IMG/VR virus record: IMGVR_UViG_3300042908_001106
Span: 11,494 to 75,493 of that record
Reading direction: 5' to 3' (one strand)
Length of the DNA stretch: 64,000 nucleotides
Origin: a virus
Lineage: Duplodnaviria; Caudoviricetes
Of the stretch, positions 57,178 to 64,000 are shown piece after piece. A model generated the notes under the pieces. That model searched no databases. It was not told the origin of the DNA and saw only the letters and a program-made list of their open reading frames with translations. Both the position numbers and the translations under genes were made by a program. Position 1 is the first letter of the stretch; every line of letters starts with the position of its first letter.

Positions 57178-57975
57178 ATGACAACCACAACTAAAACCGC
57201 CAAAGCTCCAAAAACCCCTGAGTGGAAATGGAACAAAAGTATCAGTCGTGATGCCTTAACCCTGCCCCAAGAAGGCTTTTTCGTTGATGATAGAGGCAAC
57301 GTCTGGAAAGATAATGGCGACTCCATTGGTAACGTCACCCCGTTACCAAACACCCTTAAGGTGACACCCCTAGAATGGGTTGTCACCCACGAACAAAAAC
57401 AGGAAGCCGTTTCCTGTAAAAAACTGCACGGTAGCTACCAAAAAACCGCGACTCCCGCCCGTCGCAAAGAATCCCCTGATGGGATGCGGGGAGGCAATTC
57501 TCAATGGGGCGAAGTCTCCGGCCCCAAAGCTCACTTTGTGGCTGATGAGTACCAAGTAAGTGTCACCTACTCGGTAACTAAAGCCGTAAATCAATTTGGG
57601 GAAATGATAGAGGGAAAACCCAAATTTCCTTCCCCCACGGCCATTGCCTATGAAACGGGCTATGGGGAAATCACGGAATATACTGTGGCGGATTTGGCAG
57701 TCTTAGACTTGCCTACCGAAAAAGTGGAGAAGGTCTACACTCCCCAACGGGAGCATTTTTACACAGAAGCAATCAAGGTTATTGAAAAATACCTGGAGGA
57801 TTTAAATAAACCCTCGACGGGTTTATTGAAAGTCGGGGACATTATCAATCACCCTGTCTATGGACAGGGAACTGTCACAAAAGCCTTTGGGACTAAAAAC
57901 CCGCTGTATCAATCCGTTTGTGCGGATTTTCCATGCGGAAACAAGATGACAGCAAAGTGCGATCTTGTTGACTAA
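57178..57975 (+). CDS. Hypothetical protein
   Basis: 265 aa; C-terminal VGDIINHPVYGQGTV SH3-like motif. Confidence 0.65.
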   Translation: MTTTTKTAKAPKTPEWKWNKSISRDALTLPQEGFFVDDRGNVWKDNGDSIGNVTPLPNTLKVTPLEWVVTHEQKQEAVSCKKLHGSYQKTATPARRKESPDGMRGGNSQWGEVSGPKAHFVADEYQVSVTYSVTKAVNQFGEMIEGKPKFPSPTAIAYETGYGEITEYTVADLAVLDLPTEKVEKVYTPQREHFYTEAIKVIEKYLEDLNKPSTGLLKVGDIINHPVYGQGTVTKAFGTKNPLYQSVCADFPCGNKMTAKCDLVD

Positions 57976-57979
57976 GACA

Positions 57980-58036
57980 GCGACCGCAGGCCCCTGACTG
58001 GGTTCGATTCCCAGTGGTCGCATTCCCGAAAGGGAT
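57980..58036 (+). ncRNA. tRNA-like minihelix (acceptor stem plus T-arm) and GNRA hairpin
   Basis: GCGACCG/TGGTCGC 7 bp, CTGGG-TTCGATT-CCCAG, discriminator A, then TCCC-GAAA-GGGA. Confidence 0.5.
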
Positions 58037-58075
58037 TTAAACGTCGAATTGACACATTATTCTAAGGAAAATCAA

Positions 58076-58462
58076 ATGAAAATCATCAACGCCACGCCCC
58101 ATCAAATCGTCATCTGTTCAAATGAAGGGGTCAATCAAGACCCCAAAACAAAACAGTTCACAGCCGAAGCCGAAACCGTTGAGGTTCTCCACACCCTGCC
58201 ACCATCGGGAATCATCCCCCGTGTGGCAATGGGGAACACAGAAGCCGAGCCTATTCTCGGTATTCCTGTCCAGTCGGTGCAGTACGGGGAAATTGAGGGA
58301 CTGCCCCCCGCTTCCCCCGATGTCTTCTATGTAGTTAGCGGTTTAGTTGCAGCAGCCGCCGTTAAGGTTGGGCGACTGGACTGCTTAGCTCCTGGTGCGC
58401 TAGTCAGAAATGCTAGTAACCCAAGCGAAGTTTTGGGCTGTCTTTTTTTGCAAAAGCCCTGA
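58076..58462 (+). CDS. Conserved phage hypothetical protein
   Basis: IINATPH, GLPP...YVVS.LVA motifs; AAGGA RBS. Confidence 0.65.
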   Translation: MKIINATPHQIVICSNEGVNQDPKTKQFTAEAETVEVLHTLPPSGIIPRVAMGNTEAEPILGIPVQSVQYGEIEGLPPASPDVFYVVSGLVAAAAVKVGRLDCLAPGALVRNASNPSEVLGCLFLQKP

Positions 58463-58606
58463 TTGTTGGCGACGGTTGCCCCCGATGTGGTAGCCACAGG
58501 ATCGTTAAATATGGCTACACAGAACACGGTCGTCGCCGAATGAAATGCAAGGATTGTGGAAAAATGTTTTAAAAATTAAACCCTCTAAATATTTAGAGGG
58601 TTATTT

Positions 58607-59038
58607 TTATTTGGGATTGGTAAGAATGCCTCCTTTTGGTGAACTCTTAAAATACTCACTTTCCAGGATGTCAAAAATACTTGCCTGTCCATTCTTGTCT
58701 CTTGGCGGTGGCGGTGGTTTTATAATGTCGTCGTCACAAATAAAAACAAGGCTCATGCCCTCGCCACCATAATAAGACTTAAACGCTTCAGTCAATGCGT
58801 TTGAATGGCGATGAGTAGAGGCTAGTTCTTTTATAGCAGAGTTACCGATCTTTATAATGGCAACCCCTTCTACAACAGCCATTAAACGAGTTTGCTGTCT
58901 AAAAAGGGCTCTAGTACCCCGTGGCTGCACGTTACCTAGTATTGCCTGATAATCAGGAAAGTGATAGGCTATTTGACCCCCAAGGAGTGAGAGTTCTTTT
59001 AGTGCGGATGCGTATCCATTCTTTGTTGGTGAATTCAT
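58607..59038 (-). CDS. Hypothetical protein resembling the cyanobacterial DnaX (tau) C-terminal domain
   Basis: IL..VQP.GTRAL.RQ...L......A.I.I...L.EAF pattern, recognised from memory. Confidence 0.4.
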   Translation of the reverse strand: MNSPTKNGYASALKELSLLGGQIAYHFPDYQAILGNVQPRGTRALFRQQTRLMAVVEGVAIIKIGNSAIKELASTHRHSNALTEAFKSYYGGEGMSLVFICDDDIIKPPPPPRDKNGQASIFDILESEYFKSSPKGGILTNPK

Positions 59039-59114
59039 TTTTTATTAATGTTTACTTAGGTTTAACCCCTCTAAATATTTAGAGGGTTATTTTTTGATTA
59101 TAGGGATAGGGATG

Positions 59115-59170
59115 TTGATTTTGTATCCCCCTGATACAAAATCAAAAATAATTAGAGTTATGGCTTGACA
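59115..59170 (+). promoter_or_regulatory. Palindromic operator plus -35 box (copy 2)
   Basis: TTGATTTTGTATC-CCCCT-GATACAAAATCAA; TTGACA at 59165. Confidence 0.7.
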
Positions 59171-59274
59171 TTCTAAGAAGTGGGGGTTAATGTAGAGAAA
59201 AGGCAAGGGCAGAGTCCTGATTTCGCGGTCTAACTCCACCCTTGCAGTGAACAAGTCACTAAGAGGATCTTATC

Positions 59275-61245
59275 ATGTCACTCAACTCAAAAAAATCCCC
59301 GTTGGCAGTCCGAGTCCGTAATGCTTCTACTCTACAAGAGGCAATGTTTGAGGAAGGTGTTGACCTCGTAGCGGGTCAGTTAGAAATTATCTTCAATACC
59401 AATACCCGCGAACTAACGTGGGAAGAAGTCGAATACATACAATCACTTTTTACAGCACCTAATTTTCGATGGGAGTCAAAATCTTTTGATGTTGAAATCT
59501 TTGAACAATTAATTAAAGATAAGTCGAGAGGGGCGCGGTTTATCGCCTATCAGGTAGTAGAAGCCGAGAAGCAAGACAAGCAATTTGACATGACACAAGC
59601 CCGAAAAGATTGGGCTGCAACCAAAGAGCTTCGGCGTTGGGCAAAGTCCCGAACTGAAGATTTAGCCCTTTGTGGGTTGGGCTATAAAAAAGTTTTAACA
59701 ACTAATGGGTGGGAACCACTATCTCGTCACGTCAACAGTTACACAGGCGAAAAAGAGGAAGACTGCGAACAAATCCGTTTTGCTGTGGATACCGGAACGT
59801 TGTTAGGTTTGGGCATCCGCTTTGACTGGCAAGCCGAGCGATTTCTGAACCTCTACAAAGAGGTAATGAACTCCAAGAGGTCATGGGGTAGTTGCTATCA
59901 GGTTGACCATGCGAAAGTATTGGCGATCGCAACAACGCCAAATTACAATAAACTCCCCTTGTGGGTTAAAAAGGCAATGGTCAACGCCGATGCCTTTGAA
60001 GTTAACTCCGACCGCATTGGCAATATTTGGCGACTTCCTGATTGTGCCCGCGCCTGGAAATGGTGTGGAAATTTGCCTAAGTCCATAGCCGAACGAGTGG
60101 GACGGATGCCTGTCAAGTCTCGGTTGTTGGCTAAATTTGCATGGGAAGAAATCATTGAAAAACGTAGTGTAGCGTGGCAATCTTTCAATAAAGTCAATTG
60201 GACGGAGTGGGATGGAACCCCGATCAGTCGTCATGAATTGACAATGGAGTTCTGGGCTACATTTCGAGCTTATTCACAGGCGAACTTTGGCGAATTATTA
60301 CCCTATATTATGGGCGATGAAAAAGGAGAGTGGAGTCGCAGCAATTATTCCCGTGAGTATTACATCAAAAAACATTACCAAACTTTATTAGAAGTTGCCC
60401 TAAATCTTCCCCATGAGTCACTTCCATGGACTAAATTAAATCAGTTCAAAAACTCCGATCAACTGTTGTTAGGTTTGGTTGATTTCCTCTCACCCGCTAA
60501 AGCCTGTGAACACCTGTTCAACACAACAGGAAAAGCTACGGTCAAAGCCTTTCAAAACTCCTCCCCCACACCCCGTAAATGGGCGATGGTGTTGGTTAAT
60601 GGGAACGCCGATCTACTTCAAAAGTATCTCAACTTACCTGAAGATTCCGTTATCGGGTTTCAGGAAGATACAATCCCCTTCCTGAAATCGTTGTCTTCTG
60701 AAGTGGCGTTACGGATGATTCAGACCACGACTTTTAAAGTACGGGGTGAAGTAAATAATGTCGATAGCAACTTAGTCCGTGATGCGGGCTATTTGTGGAA
60801 TCAACTTAATAAAGATGGTGTAGGCGCACCGGAATTAGGGCGGGTGCGGTGTTGGCTAACTGTTCATGAAACACTGGCTAAAGAGTACGTCCGCCGACAA
60901 CCGGACTATGAGTTAAAGGTTAACCCCGACTTTAAACGGGTGCAGGGACTCTGTGCTATTGACGGCAGTTGGGAACTGGAAATCCCAACCTGTAACGCAC
61001 AACTCAAGCTATGGGGTGAGCAACTATCTCACTGCGTTGGGGGGTATGGTCAAGCGGTCAATAACGGACGCTCGATTATCCTTGCAGTTCGGGAGCGAGG
61101 ACGGGTGACTCACACGGTTGAGATGGTAAAACGCGAGTATGGCTACCACTGCCAACAGTTTTACGGGTATCGGAACAACCCCGCGCCCGATGAATTAAAA
61201 GGTGATGTCCTCTCGGCATTACAGCAAGCCAACCTCTGTAAATAA
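59275..61245 (+). CDS. PcfJ-like domain protein
   Basis: C-terminal P....L..WG.QLSHCVGGY...I..VR......TVE....Q..GY.N. Confidence 0.7.
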   Translation: MSLNSKKSPLAVRVRNASTLQEAMFEEGVDLVAGQLEIIFNTNTRELTWEEVEYIQSLFTAPNFRWESKSFDVEIFEQLIKDKSRGARFIAYQVVEAEKQDKQFDMTQARKDWAATKELRRWAKSRTEDLALCGLGYKKVLTTNGWEPLSRHVNSYTGEKEEDCEQIRFAVDTGTLLGLGIRFDWQAERFLNLYKEVMNSKRSWGSCYQVDHAKVLAIATTPNYNKLPLWVKKAMVNADAFEVNSDRIGNIWRLPDCARAWKWCGNLPKSIAERVGRMPVKSRLLAKFAWEEIIEKRSVAWQSFNKVNWTEWDGTPISRHELTMEFWATFRAYSQANFGELLPYIMGDEKGEWSRSNYSREYYIKKHYQTLLEVALNLPHESLPWTKLNQFKNSDQLLLGLVDFLSPAKACEHLFNTTGKATVKAFQNSSPTPRKWAMVLVNGNADLLQKYLNLPEDSVIGFQEDTIPFLKSLSSEVALRMIQTTTFKVRGEVNNVDSNLVRDAGYLWNQLNKDGVGAPELGRVRCWLTVHETLAKEYVRRQPDYELKVNPDFKRVQGLCAIDGSWELEIPTCNAQLKLWGEQLSHCVGGYGQAVNNGRSIILAVRERGRVTHTVEMVKREYGYHCQQFYGYRNNPAPDELKGDVLSALQQANLCK

Positions 61246-61256
61246 GGAAAACTCCA

Positions 61257-61349
61257 ATGACAAATCAAATCGTCTTAATCATTCTCGAATCTCTGTTAGG
61301 TGCTGGCTGTGGCATCCTCGCAGCTTACCTACTCCGCAAATTTAACTAA
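61257..61349 (+). CDS. 30-aa hydrophobic peptide (not in ORF track)
   Basis: MTNQIVLIILESLLGAGCGILAAYLLRKFN; AAGGA RBS. Confidence 0.45.
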   Translation: MTNQIVLIILESLLGAGCGILAAYLLRKFN

Positions 61350-61360
61350 AGGAAACCGCC

Positions 61361-61717
61361 ATGAATATTAACAACTACTCAGAAGTTCTCAAAAAAGCCT
61401 ACGAATTAGGCAAGGCAACTCACCCCGATGCACCGAATCAGCATCATTGTGCATTTGCTAATAGCGTCGCCTGTTTCGTTACAGGAGCAAGTGGGGGATA
61501 TGGGGGGCCGTCAGTCCGAGAGCACGCTGCCGAGCGGATGGGGAGCCGTGAGAAACGAATGGGAGATTGGGGTTTTGTGGAATCGGTTAAATTCTGTGAG
61601 TCTCCCTGTTATGGGGAGTTGACGGAATTACACCACGTCCTATTCCGTGATGAATCCTGTTTTGATGATTCAGAGGGGGATTTGGAGGTTTTGCGGAGTC
61701 GATTTCAAAAAGCATAA
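61361..61717 (+). CDS. Hypothetical protein
   Basis: AAGGA RBS, 118 aa. Confidence 0.6.
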   Translation: MNINNYSEVLKKAYELGKATHPDAPNQHHCAFANSVACFVTGASGGYGGPSVREHAAERMGSREKRMGDWGFVESVKFCESPCYGELTELHHVLFRDESCFDDSEGDLEVLRSRFQKA

Positions 61718-61876
61718 GAACTGTCTGATTTGTGGAGTTAAACTTTTTCCACAAAACCGTTCAGGGTATTGCAAACAACATCGAGAGCAAAACCCTGAAC
61801 GCAGGAAAAGAAAAACCCACAAATATAGACACAGATAATCTTAAACCCTCTAAATATTTAGAGGGTTATTTTTTGA

Positions 61877-62242
61877 TTAGCTCATGCTCAATATAAACGC
61901 CTCTTGTTCCTCAATGACTCGCCATTCCTGTCTGTCTTCTTCGAGCCAATTGATATTTTTAGCTAATTCGGCACAGTACATCGCCCGTTTTTGTTCAACA
62001 GTCCATCTAGGGAGCGCGAAGGCATCCGTAAACAGATCCGCGTCGGATGATAAGGACTGATAAGCTAACAACGCCACGGCTTTCATTTTGCCCTGTTGCG
62101 CGGCGTAAATCTTGAGCCGTTGCCAGTCCGAGAGGGAGATCGTCGTTGCCTTTGTGCCACCGCCGTTGATGGAATCTAGTTCTGCCTCAACCGGTAAGCC
62201 GGTATAACCTATACCCTGAAGGGCTTTGAGTGGTAGAAACCT
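61877..62242 (-). pseudogene. Headless paralogue of the upstream antirepressor-like gene
   Basis: In frame after the TAA at 62243: LKALQGIGYTG...SINGGG..ATTISLSD...YAAQQGK. Confidence 0.6.
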
Positions 62243-62935
62243 TTATTCCGGTTCGTAGGTTAAAACAATACCCATATCTTGACAATGAGACTCTACCAAT
62301 AAAATAAAATCTGGACTCGCGCATCCAAAGAAGTGAATCCGTTTTTCATGCTCTGGATAATACTTTCCATAACAGAAAACCTGTCCTATAGCTTCTTTCC
62401 ATCGTTTCCAATCTTTGATCTCGATTAATTGAGTGTCGGTTAAAATGTCGATTCTCCCAGCTAATGTTGAGACTTCGAGCTTTGCATTGAGTAAAGTTTT
62501 TGCCAGTTTCTTCTGTATGATCTTCTCGACTTGATTAGGGTTTAATGTCTTTTTAATTCGAGGCTCTAACGATGTTGCACGTTCTATCTTTGAGTTTTTT
62601 GTTAGTAATCTCATGGCGTCTCTTTTTCCCTCAGATGCAGCAAAAGATATTAAGACATCAAAATCTGACTGTGAAAGCGTCTGAGCGCACCGACCACCGC
62701 CATTAATACTTTCACATACTACAGGAATAAACTCGCCCGTATAACCCATTCTTTCTAATGTCTTCGAGGCTTTGCCAACCCTGCTAGTGATCTGAGTCAA
62801 CCAGTTTTCCGCATACCCTAAAGCCAAACTCGCCCCAACCATCCCAACTCGGAACTCGCCATTGGGCATCATGTACCCATCAACAGAAATTCCTTCTACA
62901 TATTCGATAGTCGCCCGTTGTGATTTAATTGTCAT
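62243..62935 (-). CDS. Antirepressor-like N-domain fused to a PD-(D/E)XK-like nuclease domain
   Basis: VDGYMMPNGEFR N-terminus; EV....GRIDILT....IEIK....WK.AIGQ...Y C-terminus. Confidence 0.7.
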   Translation of the reverse strand: MTIKSQRATIEYVEGISVDGYMMPNGEFRVGMVGASLALGYAENWLTQITSRVGKASKTLERMGYTGEFIPVVCESINGGGRCAQTLSQSDFDVLISFAASEGKRDAMRLLTKNSKIERATSLEPRIKKTLNPNQVEKIIQKKLAKTLLNAKLEVSTLAGRIDILTDTQLIEIKDWKRWKEAIGQVFCYGKYYPEHEKRIHFFGCASPDFILLVESHCQDMGIVLTYEPE

Positions 62936-62964
62936 TGTGACTATTTCCTTAATTAATGGTTACG

Positions 62965-63017
62965 GCTCCTGGGTGCGACGAACACCGCGAGGAGCATTTC
63001 TATTATTAATTATATCA
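62965..63017 (-). promoter_or_regulatory. Extended -10 promoter plus leader hairpin (copy D)
   Basis: TGATATAAT then GCTCCT-CGC-GGTG-TTCGTCG-CACC-C-AGGAGC. Confidence 0.65.
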
Positions 63018-63041
63018 ATATTTTATTAGTTTGTCTGTTAA

Positions 63042-63998
63042 TTAAGCCACGTCAAACAAACTTAATTGCTTAAATTCCGGTTGCTTTAGCTCCATAGTTT
63101 CTAACTCTGTTTCTGAATATTCCCTAGGCTGAGAGATGCGATCGCAAGCAATATCAAAATATTCCTTTTCCTTCTCGATACAGATATAATTACGCCCCAA
63201 TTCTTTGCAAGCCACCGCCGTTGTGCCACTGCCACAGAAAGGATCTAAGACCGTACCATTATCTGGGGTGATTAAAGTTATTAAATATTTCATCAAGTGA
63301 CGGCTTTTGACTGTTGGGTGAGTGTTTGCAATCTCTCCACTATTTGACCTGTCATTAGGGGATGCCTTGGCTTGATAATAGACGCTAGGGATGGTTTCAG
63401 GGTCAAATGGGAGTTGTTTAAAGAATCGTGCGGCGGTTCCGGTGTCACCAACAACGTAGGGAATATTTTCTCTTTTGTTTAACCCTGTAAAATATTTTTC
63501 ATCTCCCGTTGTTTTTCGTCCTGAGCCACTCGTACAAATCCCACTCTGTTCACCAATCACCGTCACCGGACAATCAGGGCTATGATTCTCGCCTTTGCAA
63601 TTAGCTCCGCAGGAAAGGATTAGGTTAGCAGGGTATCGTCCTATATCTTTAGGCCCTCTAGGACATGTTACATTTCCTATACCAACGCCAAGCACAGTTT
63701 TATGGAAATCGCTTGATTTTGTTGGGTTTATCCTATTATTTGGGTCATTTTCTTTTACACCAATTCTTGTAGCCTCAATATTCAAACCACCAACGCCATG
63801 TTTTAAAATATTTCTAGCAATACTTGTTTCTGATATAGGCTTTTGAACTAACCACCAACCCTCAACGGCTGGTTTTAGTGCCGGCGTTTTCCATCCGTCC
63901 CATTGTTTAGCTTCGGGGGATTTTGGGGTGGTTTCACACTCATTACGGGCTAATCCTTTCCAGCAATCATTTTCTCCCCAGTTTTTATAATTAGGTCG
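63042..63998 (-). CDS. N4/N6 (beta-class) DNA methyltransferase, 5'-truncated by window edge
   Basis: HPTVK and VLDPFCGSGTT; frame stays open past 63785 to the window end (LKPAVE..W.VQKP). Confidence 0.85.
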   Translation of the reverse strand, partial: RPNYKNWGENDCWKGLARNECETTPKSPEAKQWDGWKTPALKPAVEGWWLVQKPISETSIARNILKHGVGGLNIEATRIGVKENDPNNRINPTKSSDFHKTVLGVGIGNVTCPRGPKDIGRYPANLILSCGANCKGENHSPDCPVTVIGEQSGICTSGSGRKTTGDEKYFTGLNKRENIPYVVGDTGTAARFFKQLPFDPETIPSVYYQAKASPNDRSNSGEIANTHPTVKSRHLMKYLITLITPDNGTVLDPFCGSGTTAVACKELGRNYICIEKEKEYFDIACDRISQPREYSETELETMELKQPEFKQLSLFDVA

Positions 63999-64000
63999 CT

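Larger units (their letters stand above)
58579..61879. repeat. Three copies of palindrome CCCTCTAAATATTTAGAGGG
   Basis: 58581-58600, 59067-59086 and 61846-61865, each followed by TTATTTTT. Confidence 0.9.
5233..63145. repeat. Dispersed HIP1 octamers (GCGATCGC)
   Basis: About 20 seen by eye, e.g. 5233, 17286, 23534, 27802, 28746; a hallmark of many cyanobacteria. Confidence 0.85.

Noticed and set aside
57980-58022. Complete tRNA gene
   Set aside because: No D or anticodon arm; kept only as a tRNA-like element.

Overview
The whole window reads as part of a large temperate, siphovirus-like phage of a cyanobacterium. The host assignment rests on many HIP1 GCGATCGC octamers, an nblA homologue and cyanobacterial-type dnaB and tRNA-Pro sequence. 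It carries a 5'-truncated tape measure gene, a head/tail operon on the opposite strand with a predicted -1 frameshift in the tail chaperone pair, antirepressor-like genes, and a replication module (initiator with iterons, loader-like gene, DnaB). It also has a tyrosine integrase with an apparently intact attP (3' half of tRNA-Pro GGG), four DNA methyltransferase-family genes and many small accessory genes. No terminase large subunit or portal was recognised. The strongest candidate for a new system is the operon at 16995-20681: a ParB-like gene, a C5-cytosine MTase whose motif X Asn is replaced by Arg (GRAV), a glutamine-dependent AsnB-like amidotransferase and a CmoA-like carboxy-SAM synthase. 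Together these predict 5-carboxymethylcytosine amidated to 5-carbamoylmethylcytosine. Other notable signals are a solitary CRISPR repeat, a covarying leader hairpin shared by antirepressor-like genes with a possible antisense RNA, a rhomboid/small-membrane-protein/FtsK-GIY-YIG operon, a tRNA-like minihelix, and a bistable RNA leader before the replication genes. All family calls come from motif recognition by eye, not from database searches.
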